From contig NC_091980.1 in assembly GCF_044704955.1 (NCBI RefSeq), positions 23,002,001 through 23,066,000 of the forward strand: a stretch of DNA of 64,000 bases, given 5' to 3'. Of this stretch, positions 48,570 through 61,362 are shown one piece after another. Positions within the stretch are counted from its first letter, which is position 1, and every line of letters starts with the position of its first letter. Below the pieces are notes generated by a model, which made no database searches, was not told the DNA's origin, and worked only from the letters and a program-made list of their open reading frames with translations. This DNA is from Pristiophorus japonicus (taxonomy: Eukaryota). The position numbers and the translations under genes are program-made.

Positions 48570-49300
48570 GGGGGCAAAATTGCCATGCCTCCCGATTGGG
48601 GATGGTAACCACCTCGGGCCGGTACATTTTGCGCCCGGCGCAGAAGTCCCACCCCCGCCTCGGAATTGCCCTTGCCATCCCTCAAAGGAAGCGGAGTGCA
48701 ATCTCGCATGCTCCACTTGCTGTGGGTGTAGGAACCAGGGCACTATTAGGGCAGGTAGTGGATCGCTTAGCCAAGGCTCCGTGTAGCGCTGACGAGCTTC
48801 AACATCCCTCCCGTTTGTTTAAAGGGGAGTGCCGCTGCGCACTCTGCAAGGCCTCTGATGGTCTCCCCATGGCCACCAGGGTAATGTGGGACCAGGTAAT
48901 GAGTGCCGGGCTGCACGATGTCGGCCCACACCATGCTCGGGCCGCCGTCGTTGAGCCAACCCGAGAGTCGGCAGGCAAAAAAAGACGGCAGCCTGGGGCG
49001 CTGGCTGTCACTACCGTTCCGAGAGCGGACATCAGCCAGCTTCCTGACCCGCGGGGCAATTTCCTCCGCGGGGCTTTAAGAGTTCGGTGCAGGGCAGAGA
49101 GGGGTCACCTTGCACGGCAATGACATCATCGCCGGTTGCGCGCCGACCCAGGGCTCTAGCCATGGGGCAAACTCCCGGGAAATTTCCCGGGAGGTGGTAG
49201 CGCCCCACCCCCCCCACCCCCCAGGCAAAAATTCTCTTCCGCCCCGTTAGTGCCTCCTGGAGGCTCTAACGGGGCGACAAAAAGGGGCAATTTTGTTCCC
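48570..49300. mobile_element. MITE with TIRs (Harbinger-like)
   Basis: Left GGGGGCAAAATTGCC versus reverse-complemented right GGGAACAAAATTGCC. Confidence 0.7.
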
Positions 49301-49485
49301 TTTATTTTTGCCCTCTTGAATAAAAAATAGGCTTTCAGCTTCAGAAGTCATTGCTGAATGCAGAAACACTTTTTTACTCGCAGATAGTTGCAGCGTTTGG
49401 TACAGTGCTTCCCCCTTCCTTTTTTTGCGGGAGGAATAAGTAATTAGAGGAGTGCCACACACTATGGAATTGAGCCCCAACATTA

Positions 49486-50192
49486 ATGGGGGTCCTGGTG
49501 CATGAAACACAAAAAGATAGTATGCAGGTACAGCAAGTGATCAAGAAGGCCAATGGAATCTTGGCCTTTATTGCAAAGGGGATGGAGTATAAAAGCAGGG
49601 AAAACTTGCTACAGTTATACATGGTATTGCTGAGACCACACCTGGAATACTGCATGCAGTTTTAGTTTCCTTATTTAAAAAGGGATATACTTGCTTTGGA
49701 GGCAGTTCAGAGAAGGTGCACTAGGTTGATTCCGGGGATGAGGGGGTTGACTTATGAGGAAAGGTGGAGTAGGTTGGGCCTCTACTCATTGGAATTCAGA
49801 AGAATGGAAGGTGATCTTATTGAAGCATGTAAGATTGACAAGGTGGATGCAAAGAGGATGTTTCCACTGATAGGGGAGACTAGAACTAGGGAGCATAACC
49901 TTACAATAAGGGACCACCTATTTAAAACAGAGATGAGGAGAAATTTCTTCTCCCAGAGGGTTGTAAATCTGTGGAATTCGCCGCCTGAGAGAGCTGTGGA
50001 AACTGGGCCATTGAATGAATTTAAGACAGAGATAGACAGTTTCTTAACCGATAAGGGAATAAGGGGTTATGGGGAGCAGACAGGGAAGTGGACTTAAGTC
50101 CATGATCGGATCAGCCATGATCGTATTAAATGGCGGAGCAGGCTTGAGGGGCCAAATGGTCTACTCCTGCTCCTATTTCTTATGTTCTTATG
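49486..50192 (+). mobile_element. CR1 3' fragment
   Basis: ORF 49696..50097 contains EAVQRRCTRLIPGMRG...NLWNS; TTCTTATG tail. Confidence 0.92.
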
Positions 50193-51149
50193 AATGAGCA
50201 CCTTCAGAAAAAGCAGGGATAAAAGAGGGGAGTACGTTCTGAAGGGCACCAGTGTTTTGTTGCAAGTGAAATATTCATTCTATTGAATTGTATTGAAGTA
50301 ATTAGCCTTTTTAAACATGACAAACCTTTAGCCCAGAGCAAATTAGTGTTGGACTCCGCCAGAGACACAAATAGCTACTTAGATTGAATGGAGAGAGTGG
50401 TTTGTTCAGAGTACCTCGTTGCTGCCCATTCAAGTGATGACTGGAAGTCACTTCAACTGCTGCTTGCCAGCAGGTAGTTGAAAATAATGAATCGCTAATT
50501 AATACCATCCTTTCCATGAACTGTGTCCATCTCACTTATAAAAAGAAACAGGAGATTAGTCAGTTGGAGGATATGATTGATGAGGGGTGAAATGTTGTCC
50601 TTGTAGCTGCAATATATTTCACTTCCCCCTTGCTCTTTTGATGTGCAAAGTAAAAGTGACAGGAATAACCTTCTATATAGAGGGAGCGAGATGCCAGTCC
50701 GAGCCCTTTAGAAATTCTGCTGAAGCCAGTACTTCACCATTATTTCCTCACACTTGGCCTCTTCAAATTGGCACTACTTCCAGAGGAAAGTGCCAAGGGT
50801 CAATCTGTCCAATTAGGAACAGCTCGACGATTTAAGATTAAATATCTGTTGCTGGAGAAAAGCAACTCTACTTTGTGACAGTTCGAAGACAGCGCACCTC
50901 GCAATCTGTCGACATGCCAGAGATCCTCACGGATAGGCTGCATTACTGCGACAACTAGGTACAGCCTGTGACAGAAAGTGCATTTCAGAATTGCAGTGCT
51001 CCCAGCGGAAAATGTGGTGCTGTGGCTGAAGCTCTACAAATGTTAAATTATGGCCCCAATTTTAACTCGCCAATTCCCCCCCGCCACCCCACACCCTGGC
51101 AGGTGGGGGCAGTTAAAATAATTTGCAAATCTGATTTGCAAAGCTGGCC

Positions 51150-51648
51150 ATTGATGTCCCTCCGTCAACTCGAGCTCATCCAAGTCTCTGTTGCTCATAT
51201 CCTAGCTCACACAAAGTCCCGTTACCCATCACCTCTGTGTTCGCTGACTTATGTTGACTCCTGGTCATTGACTGCCTCCATTTTTAAATTCTCGTCCTCG
51301 TGTTCAAATCCCTTCATGGCCTCAGCCCTCCCGATTTCTGGAACCTCCTCCAGTCCAACAAGCTTCTGAGAACTCTGCGTTCCTCCAATTTCTGACTTCC
51401 GTCACCCCACAATTGACGGCCGTGCCTTCAGTTGTCTAGGCCCCAAACTCTGGCATTTCCTCACTACACCTCTTCGCCTCCTCTCTTTCTTTTTTAAGAC
51501 ACACCTTAAAAACAAATTCTTTGACCAAGTTGTTAGTCATCTGTGGTAGTCTCCTTCGTTGATTGGTGTCAATTTTTCTGACCGATTCCAATCCTTGGAA
51601 TGGTTTACGACATTAAAGGCGCTATATACATGAAAATTGTTGTTGTTG
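51150..51648 (+). mobile_element. L2 3' fragment, decayed
   Basis: Homologous to 6985-7355 (GGCCGTGCCTTCAG...GGCGCTATATA plus TTG tail). Confidence 0.75.
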
Positions 51649-51729
51649 AGATCAAGGGAAGAGATCTAGGCGACTGGGGTGGTCAGTATTTGGATCTTGG
51701 ACTATTTGAATGAGGCACGCTTGACTGAA

Positions 51730-52888
51730 AGTAGATTCTCACACTGGCATTAGAACAATGGGGTCCGCGGGAACTTTCCAGCGGGGTCTGTGAAATAATG
51801 TGAGTACCGAGCAGGCCCAGCCTTACGGGGCGGGGAAGGGCGAGAGTAAGCGAATGAGTGGCGGGTGCAGACAGAGTTGGTTGGGAGACGGGAGCAAATG
51901 TGCAGCGCAGTGTGGGCTGGCTGTCTCACCCCAGAGGGGGAGCTCGCATGGTTGAGCGCTGACAGCAACACGAAGATCAGCAGGTTCACCCACAGTTACC
52001 AAGGCTGATGGTGGGTGCCAACCAGTTCCTCGATGCTAGTGGGACACACCCACCTCACGAATGTCTGTAAGTGAATACCTCGTTTCTTGAAAGCGTTATG
52101 AAAACACTCTTTACCTGCAGCACTTTCATATTACAGGTGGAACATCCGAAATCCGGAGTTCTAAAAACTGTAATTATCTGAAAGTCGGACATTGTGCAGA
52201 TTGCAAGAGTCGTTGTCCGGAATCCAGAAATATTTTCAGAAAACTGGACTTTAAGCTGTACATACCTTTTTCAAACACGAATCCAAAAAAATACGCAAAC
52301 TGGCCCGGCCCGGCCCAGCCTCGAGGTTGCCGGATTCGGGCCATTGGATGTAATGCTCCAAAATCCTGAAAGACACCAAAATGTCAGATTGTCTCCGAAA
52401 GCCGGAAAAGCCCGCAAATCATCCACGAGGTTTCCGGACTCGGGACATTAGATTTTCATCTCCGAAAACCAGAAATACGCGAGACTCAGCCCAGGGATTT
52501 CCAGAATTGGGATATCGGATTTCATCACTGAAATCCGGAAATACCTGAGACTCAGCCCAGGGATTTCCAGAATTGGGATATCGGATTTCATCACTGAAAT
52601 CCGGAAATACCTGAGACTCAGCCCAGGGATTTCCGGATTCGGGACGTCGGATTTTCATCTCCGAAAACCAGAAATACCCGAGACTCAGCCCAGGGATTTC
52701 CGGAATTGGGACATCGGATTTCATCACTGAAATCCGGAAAAACCTGAAAACTGGAATGGCCTTGGTCCCGAGGTTTCCGGTTTCAGGACGTTTTATCTGT
52801 ATGGCATTATAATTTAGGTGAGTGGGGTCCATGATTGCTAATCCATTTGAAAAGGGGTACTTCAACCAAGAAAGTTTGAGAACGACTG
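51730..52888. mobile_element. hAT/Charlie-like non-autonomous element hosting a Tigger-like MITE
   Basis: Right end AAGTTTGAGAACGACTG; degenerate left end AGTAGATTCTCACACT; GGGGTCC subterminal motifs at both ends. Confidence 0.55.
52134..52799. mobile_element. Tc1/mariner (Tigger/pogo-like) MITE with internal 66-67 bp tandem repeat
   Basis: TA|CAGGTGGAACATCCGAAATCCGG ... CCGGTTTCAGGACGTTTTATCTG|TA. Repeat units start at 52481, 52547, 52613 and 52680. Confidence 0.8.
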
Positions 52889-53127
52889 CTTTTGAACACC
52901 AGCACTGCCAGACATTTAGTTACACTATTTTAGGAGTAGTTGATATTTGGGGGCAGAGGAAATACCATTGAGAAGAGAAAGTATACATTGGAGGATGGAA
53001 GATAACAAAACAATGGAGGATGCAAAGGAAGGTTGTAAAGAAGAGGAAAAAACAAGAATAATGACAGACTGATGGTACTGCATTAAATTTATAATAGTAT
53101 TAGGATCCTCCATAGTGAGAGGAAGGA

Positions 53128-53476
53128 TGGAATTTAGAAGAATGAGAGGTGATGTTATTGAAACATATAAGCTTCTGAAGGGGCTTGACAGGGTAGATGC
53201 AGAGAGGATGTTTGCCCTCGTGGGGGAATCTAGATCCAGGGGGCATAGTTTCAGAATAAGAGGTCGCCCATTTAAAACGGAGGTGAGGAGGAATATCTTC
53301 TCTTGGAGGGCCGTGAATCTGTGGAATTCTCTACCCCAGAGAGCTGTGGAGGCTGGGTCATTGAATATAATCAAGGTGGAAAAGGGCAGATTTTTGAACT
53401 ACAGGGGAGTCAAGGATTATGGGGAGCGGGCAGGGAAGTGGAGTTGAAGCCATGGTCAGTTCAGCCATGATCTTAT
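53128..53476 (+). mobile_element. CR1 3' fragment
   Basis: EFRRMRGDVIETYKLL...NLWNSLPQRAVEA...AGKWS*. Confidence 0.88.
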
Positions 53477-53560
53477 TATTCATCATTGTAATCTCACATG
53501 CAAGCAATGACATTTACTGACATAAATGGTGTGAACTGATGAACTTACTACTTGTTTACT

Positions 53561-54902
53561 CATAGAAACATAGAAAGATAGAAAATACGTGCAGGAGTAG
53601 ACAATTCGGCCCTTCAAGCCTGCACCACCATTCAATAAGATCATGGCTGATCATTTCATCAGGACTCCTTTCCTGCTTTCTCTCCATACCCCTTGATCCC
53701 TTCAGCCATAAGGGCCATATCTAACTTCCTCTTGAATATATCCAATGAACTGGCATCAACAACTCTCTGCGGTAGGGAATTCCACAGGTTAACAACTCTC
53801 TGAGGGAAGAAGTTTCTCCTCATCTCAGTCCTAAATGGCCTACCCCTTATCCTAAGACTGTGTCCCCTGGCTCTGGACTTCCCCAACATCAGGAACATTC
53901 TTCCCGCATCTAACTGTCCAGTCCCGTCAGAATCTTACATGTTTCTATGAGATCCCCTCTCATCATTCAAAACTCCAATATATAAAGGCCCAGTTGATCC
54001 AGTCTCTCCTCATATGTCAGTCCTGCCATCACGGGAATCAGTCTGGTGAACCTTCGCTGCACTCCCTCAATAGCAAGAACGTCCTTCCTCAGATTAGGAG
54101 ACCAAAACTGAACACAATATTCCAGGTGAGGCCTCACCAAGGCCCTATACAACTACAGTGAGATCTCCCTGCTCCTATACTCAAATCGCCTAGCTATGAA
54201 GGCCAACATACCATTTGCCTTCTTCACCGCCTGCTGTACCTGCATGCCAACTTTCAATGTCTGATGAACCATGAAACCCAGGTCTCATTGCACCTACCCA
54301 TTTTCTAATCTGCCGCCATTCAGATAATATTCTGCCTTCGTGTTTTTGCCCCCAAAGTGGATAACCTCACATTTATCCACATTATACTGCATCTGCCATG
54401 CATTTGCCCACTCACCTAACCTGTCCAAGTCACCCTGCAGCCTCTTAGCGCCCTCCTCACAGCTCACACTGCCACCCAGTTTAGTGTCATCTGCAAACTA
54501 AATCATTATCTAAATCATTAATGTATATTGTAAAGAACTGGGGTCCCAGCACTGAGCCCTGCGGTACTCCACTAGTCACTGCCTGCCATTCTGAAAAGGA
54601 CCCGTTTATCCCGACTCTCTGCTTCCTGTCTGCCAACCAGTTCTCTATCCACGTCAGTATATTACCCCCAATACCATTTGCTTTGATTTTTCACACCAAT
54701 CTCTTGTGAGGGACCTTGTCAAAAGCCTTTTGAAAGTCCAAATACACCACATCCACTGGTTCTCCCTTGTCCACTCTACTAGTTACATCCTCAAAAAAAT
54801 TCCAGAAGATTTGTCAAGCATGATTTCCCTTTCATAAATCCATGCTGAATTGGACCGATCCTGTCACTGCTTTCCAAATGCGCTGCTATTTCATCTTTAA
54901 TA
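53561..54902 (-). mobile_element. CR1 LINE, 5'-truncated
   Basis: RT through tail on the minus strand ([23 protein letters not shown]); (CATAGAAA)n tail. Confidence 0.92.
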
Positions 54903-55550
54903 AGTGATCTACAGAAAAATCGCAATAAATATGTTTGAGGAGCATTGATGTTCCTTTAAGTGCTGAAAAAAGCCAATTTTGCTCAATTCCTATACAATTC
55001 ACTATCGCTACAGCAATGTGAAACTGTGTTGACCTTGCATCAGCTTAAACTGTGCAACGTGATTTAGTCGCCTAAACCATGTTAAGTGAGGGGTCTAAGT
55101 GCTTCCTTGCTTGGTCGTCTCATGGTAGCTGCACTTCCCCATCCATAGTTCTCCACTTTTGTGCAGTCTGCAGATTTTTGTAGTGTTCCCTCATAAACAA
55201 GCTCACATCATATACATATATTTGAGAGCTGTAACTGTCCTAAAACTGGTTCCTGTTTACATTCCACCAGCTCAATAAACATCCATTAACCACCATTGAC
55301 TATTACTGAGATTTGGCGAACTTCCTGTCAATGACGTTACATTGGCTTTAATGCTGCACACTTTAATTTTATCAAGAAGTAATTTCTTTAATAAATGTAC
55401 TCGATTATTTTCTCAAAGGACTCAATTGATCTTGTTAGAAACTCCTTGCCCTTTACAAATTCTTAATTAGCCATGTCTTTCTAAATCAGTGTTAATGTTA
55501 TCATGCATTATGGCTTCGAGAAACATATCCACTCCCATTGTTAAGCTAAT

Positions 55551-55995
55551 GTCAGCAGTGGTGAGAGTGCTACCCACTGAGTCAGAAGGTGGTGGGTTCA
55601 AGTCCCACTCCAGTGGTCTGAGCACAAATAGTTAGGCTGACACTCCAGTGCAATGCTGAGGGAGCGCTGCACTGTTGGAGGTGCTGTTTTTTGGATGAAA
55701 CATTAAACCGAAGCTCCGTCTGCTCTTTCAGATGGACGTAAAAGATCCCATGGCACTAGTTCAAAAAAGAGCAGGTGTCCTGGCCAATATTTATCCCTCA
55801 ATCAACATAACAAAAACAGATTATCTGGTCATTATCGCATTGCTGTTTGTGGGAGCTTGCTGTGTACAAATTGGCTGCCACTTTTCCGACATTACAACAG
55901 TGATTACACTTCAAAAAGTACTTAATTGGCTGTAAAGCACTTCGGGGCATCCGGTGGTCATGAAAGGCACTATATAAATGCACGTCTTTCTTTCG
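55551..55995 (+). mobile_element. Near full-length DeuSINE (SacSINE1-like)
   Basis: tRNA-derived head with B-box GGTTCAAGTCC, Deu-domain GGACGTAAAAGATCCCATGGCACT, and L2-type tail GGCACTATATAAATGCA. Confidence 0.88.
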
Positions 55996-56075
55996 TTCTA
56001 TTATTCTATAGTTACCTGCTCTCCCTTCTCATACAAAGAAGTTACATTTGATCAAGGGCTCTATTCACTGGAGTT

Positions 56076-56334
56076 CAGGTAGTCAACCCTCCAGGATTGA
56101 CCTGGAGTCTTCAGGAATTGAAAATTAATCACCTGGACACTGCTGTGAGTAAACCCGGGAGAAAAAAAAATCATAGAGGCATAAAAAGGATTGTGATTTT
56201 TAAAAAATAATTTTGTTTATTAGTTAATATTGGAGAGAGGAGAAAAGATTGTTTGACTTGGCGAGGAGGGCTGAAGGTGAGAGGTCATGTGTTAAAACCT
56301 CCAGGAACTTGTCCAACCAGAGTTGGCAACCCTA
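56076..56334. mobile_element. Short hAT-like MITE inside a decayed CR1
   Basis: Right end GTTGGCAACCCTA; degenerate left end CAGGTAGTCAACCC; imperfect 8-bp flanks ACTGGAGT and ACTAGAGC. Confidence 0.55.
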
Positions 56335-56696
56335 ACTAGAGCCGAGAAGATTCGGGGTGGATTTAAATGAAAGGTTCAACTTATGAAAGTACTCCAGAGG
56401 GTCAATCATGAAAGAACATTTTTATTGGTTGCTGAATCAGTAACAAGAAACATGAATGCAACACTACTATAGGAAGGAATTATTTTTGCAAGCAAAGGCT
56501 TATTAGCGCATGAAGTGCTTTATCATAAGTGGTTACTGGAATTGGCCTAGGCTTTCCGGCTGCAATGCTAATGGTAATCTATACATGACCATTACTGTTA
56601 TGCGTTGAAAATCTAAGGCAACAAGGAAAGCAGAACGTTTATGAGGGAATTAGTAAATACTTGAGGCAAAAATATCAAAAGGTACCGGAAAATAGA

Positions 56697-57864
56697 TCAT
56701 AAAAACTAGCTGCAGAAGTAGGTCATTTGGCTCCTTGAGTCTGCTCCACATTTAATAAGATCATGGCTGATCTGATCATGGACTCCACTTCCCTGCCCGC
56801 TTCCCATATCCCTTTATTCCCTTATCACTCAAAAATCTCTCTATCTCCACAAATATATTCAATGACCCAGCCTCCACAGCTCTCTGGGGCAGAGAATGTC
56901 ACAGATTTACAACCCTCTGAGAGAAGAAATTCTTCCTCATCTCAGTTTTAAATGGGTGACCTCTTATTCTGAGACTATGCCCCCTAGTTTCAGTTTCCCC
57001 TATGAGTGGAAATAACTTCTCTGTATCCACCTTGTTGAGCCTCCTCATTATCTTATATGTTTCAATAAGATCACCTCTCATTCTTATGAACTCCAATGAG
57101 TATAGGCCCAACCTACTCAACCTATCTTCATAAGTCAACCCCCTCCTCTCCGGAATCAATCTAGTGAACCTTCTCTGAACAGCCTCCAATGCAAGTATAT
57201 CCTTCCTTAAATACGGAGACCAAAACTGTACGCAGTACTCTAGGTGTGGCGTCACCAATACCCTGTATAGTCGCAACAGGACTTCTCTGCTTTTAAACTC
57301 TATCCCTCCTTGCAATAAAGACCAACATTCCATTTGCCTTCCTGATTACTTGCTGTACCAGCATATTAACTTTTTATGTTTCATGCACAAGGATCCCCGG
57401 GCCCCTCTGTATTGCAGCACTTAGCAATTTTTCTCTATTTAAATTATAATTTGCATTTCTATTTTTTCTGCCAAAGTGGATAACCTCACATTTTCCCACA
57501 TAATACTCCATCTACCAAGTTTTTGCTCACTCACTTAGCCTGTCTATATCCCTTTGCAGATTTTTTGTGTCCTCCTCACAATTTTATTTCCCACCCATTT
57601 TTGTATCATCAGCAAACTTGGCTACATTACACTAGGTCCTTTCATCCAAGTCATTAATATAGATTGTGAATTGTTGAGGAGCCAGCACCGATCCCTGAGG
57701 CACCCCACTAGTTACTGTTTGCCGACTGGAAAATGAGCCATTTATCCTGACTCTATGTTTTCTGTTAGTTAGCCAATTCTCTAGCCATGCTAATTTATCA
57801 CCCCCAACCCCGTGAACTTTTATCTTGTGCAGTAACCTTTTATGTGGCACCTTATCGAAAGCCA
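56697..57864 (-). mobile_element. CR1 LINE, 5'-truncated
   Basis: [21 protein letters not shown] and [11 protein letters not shown] in ORFs 57632..57877 and 56899..57333. Confidence 0.92.
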
Positions 57865-59092
57865 TCTCAAGGGACATTTATTAATGTGATATCTTGACAT
57901 ACTGAAGTTATTGAAAGAATGTGCATTTTAATTCTCAGCAATCCAAATAATGCATTTTAATCTGACCAGGACAGTCACATTTCCTTATGCAAATGTGATT
58001 TTCATTAGTAGAAATCCATATAACTTGCAAGCCACTCGAGCACCTTGTATCAGCTTGGTTTACTGGTAGTACCCTTAACGTTGAGTCATGAGGGAAGCCC
58101 TCGACTGTGATTTCTAGGCCAATATCTCATTAGAAAGACAGCATCTCTGATAGTGCAGTCCTCCCTCAGTGCTGTAAGGAAGTGTCAGCCTGGATTGTGT
58201 GACTCAGAGGGTGCTACAAACTGAGCCACATTCTTCTCAAAAAAGCAGAGCATAAAAGTTTGGAATTCAACTACTGCAAAGAAGGCTACTATTTCTTGTG
58301 TATGCAATCAACGTACTGTACAGGTCTGATTTTTTTTTAACCCCCTTGCCTTAATTGGATTCTCTTTGAAATTGAAATCCTATTTTTGTCCAGTCCTTCG
58401 CTGCATCTAGAGGACTGACAGTCAGACAAGGCTGAATGATGGCTTGACTGGAGCCATATGGGGATCAATTTAAATTGATTTAATTTAGGTGGAAAAAGCA
58501 GAGTTAGCAGAGCCAGGTTGAAGTTATTCAGTCTACAGTCAGATGTCGGTGAAAGTTGATTATTAGTAGAATATTCCCTCCAGAAAACTTGTAACGAACT
58601 CATACTTCAACTCTTTGTATATTGATGAATGTTCCTACTTCATTGCTTGTCTTTCATTTTACTCCCCTCAGCAAGTGTCAGCAGTTGAAGTACTATTTTT
58701 TTTTTCCTGCAGTAGCTATTCATAAACAGCCAAATCTCATTAATTCTAATCCCCATAACATGGCTGCCTGGTCGGTCAAACTTCATTAACACACACCCTG
58801 ACAACAGATATGCATGTAGTATACACTCAAATCTAATCTCAATCATGATAAAGTGTGGACTTGTTTGACAAGCCCAAGTCGGATCTCATTATGGAAGATC
58901 CTGTAAAAATGTTTGCCTGTACTGTACCCAAACCTGACAACGCAGAGATATTATTTGACAAGCAAAGTAAATTTCAATTCACATAGACCCAAATAGTGCA
59001 CTGTAATCTGACCAAGATAGTCGTATCTCCTCATCCAAATGTGTCTTTCATTAGTAAAAATCCAGATAACTTGCAAGCCACGCTAGCCACCT

Positions 59093-59530
59093 TGTATCAG
59101 CTTGGTTTACTTGTAGTACTCTTGCCTTTGAGTCATAAGGGCATGGGTTTGAGCCCCAGTACAAGAGTTGAGCACATAATCTACAACAATACCTCAATGT
59201 ACTGCTGAGACAGTGTGCCAGTGTCATCTTTTGTGTGAATGCTAATTAAACATGCTCCATTGCCTGTTCAGGTGAAAATAAAATATCCCATGGCACTATT
59301 TGAAGAAAAGCATGGAAGTTCTCCAGCAGTCCTGGCCAGCAATTAACCCTTAACCAACACCACCAAAGCAGATCAAATTGTCATTTATTCCATTTGCTAT
59401 TTGTGGAACCTTGCGTTGCATAAACTGGCTGCTACATTTATTTCAAAACAAGTGGTGCATTGGCTGTAAAGCACTTCTGGGCATCCTGAGGATGTGAAAG
59501 GTGCTATATAAATTCAAGTCCATTTCTTCT
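59093..59530 (+). mobile_element. DeuSINE, decayed
   Basis: Head GGGTTTGAGCCC, ATCCCATGGCACTATTTGAAG, and tail GGTGCTATATAAAT. Confidence 0.78.
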
Positions 59531-61362
59531 TCCTTATGTTCACAACACAGGGTTCTCATAACTGATAATCAAATACCATTGGCCATTATCTTCCCCTAGA
59601 CAGGAGTCAAGGGTCAAGCTGGCAACATCATCATCATCATCATAGGTAGTCCCTCAAAGCGAGGGTGACTTGCTACCATGCCAAAAAGGGATGAGCTCAC
59701 AGGTGTTTCAATGAAGGACCTAATATTCCAGATCCTGAATTATGTCGTGAAGGGTGGAAGATGCCTGTGCTTGGATTTTTTTAATGTGTGATGGCCGTTG
59801 CACACCAGCCACCACACGGGCTTGACAGAGTCCAGTGGCAAGGATTACCCAAGACTAACTGGAGACCATCTCTACTGCACAGACCGAGCGCGCACACATA
59901 TCGCAGTGTGGGCTGGCCCGTGCTGCCCCTGGGCCCTCACCTCTTCTGTGTTATGTATTCAACTGTCATTGTAATCCATGTATAAACTGACCTAAGTTGT
60001 GCACCGTGAGAACACTGACCGCGGATGCACACGGTGAGACACCAGTTTTATACGCACCGGCGGCGAGAAGGGCAAAGCGTTCCAGACTTCGTGGCAGACC
60101 CCTGGCGACTGGCGAGCCTATGTAGGTTCCCAGATGCATGCAGAGCGGAGATGCTGCGAGACTTTTTATTGAGGGCATCGGGCACGCTGGGGTTTTCAGG
60201 AAACTGATTGAGACCAATACTTGACCCTGGAAACGGTGGCTTTGATGGCCCAGACATTTATCTCAGGGGAGGAAGAGACCAGAATGATGTTTGACAAAAA
60301 TCTTGGTTTAAATGCAGCAAATGGACAGGGAGTCAACATTGTTAACGCAGCACACAGTTCTCCAGGCAGACAGGGGCAATCGGAAAGGCCCGAGCATGTA
60401 GTCGAACCCTGAAAAAGGCGAAGTGCGTCTTCCTAGCTCCAGAGGTAGAATTCCTGGGGATAAGGGTAGCAGCTGACGGGATCAGTCCTACTGCATCCAA
60501 AACGAAAGCGATCCAAAGAGCACCCAGACCCGATAACACGACGGAGCTGCGTTCGTTCCTGGGGCTCCTGAACTAATTTGGTAACTTTCTTCCAAATTTA
60601 GCACGCTGTTAGAGCCGCTACACGTGCTCCTATGCAAAGGTCGTGATTGGGTCTGCGTGGACCCAGGAAAGGGCTTTTGATAGAGCACGCAATTTGTTAT
60701 GCTCCAACAAACTGTTAACGCTATATGACTTGTATAAGAAACTAGTTTTAACGTGCGATGCGTCATCCTATGGGGTCAGGTGTGGGTTGCAACATGTCAA
60801 TGCCAATGATCAGTTACAGCCAGTAGCTTATGCCCCCAAAAGTCTGTCCCAGGCAGAAAGGGGCTATGGGATGGTGGAAAAGGAAGCGCTTGCATGTGTA
60901 TATGCAGTAAAAAAAAATGCACCAGTACCTGTTTGGCAGGAAATTTGAACTGGAGACAGATCACAAACTCCTAACGTCCCTTTTGGCTGACAACAAGGCC
61001 ATAAATGCAAATGCGTCGGCCCACATACAGAGGTGGGCACTCACGTTAGCCACCTATGACTATACAATTCGGCACAGACCGGGCACTGAAAACTGCGCCG
61101 ATGCACTCAGCAGGCTCCCACTAGCCACCACAGAGGGGGCAGCCGAGCATGCTGCTGAAATGGTCATGGCTGTTGAAGCTTTCGAAAGCGAAGGCTCACC
61201 CATGACAGCCTGCCAGATCAAAATCTGGACAAATAGAGACCCGCTACTGTCTTTAGTAAAGAAATGTATCCTGAATGGGGACTGGGCAGCCACGTACGGG
61301 GAATGCCCTGAGCAATTTAAACCATTTCACAGGCGCAAGGATGAACTCTCGATTCAGGCTGA

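Noticed and set aside
52419-52865. 148-aa ORF with repeated peptide GNPWAESQVFPDFSDEIRYP
   Set aside because: It is the translation of the 66-bp MITE tandem repeat, whose unit length is divisible by 3.
55551-55625. tRNA gene
   Set aside because: It is the tRNA-derived head of a DeuSINE, continuous with the Deu-domain, and has no intact cloverleaf.
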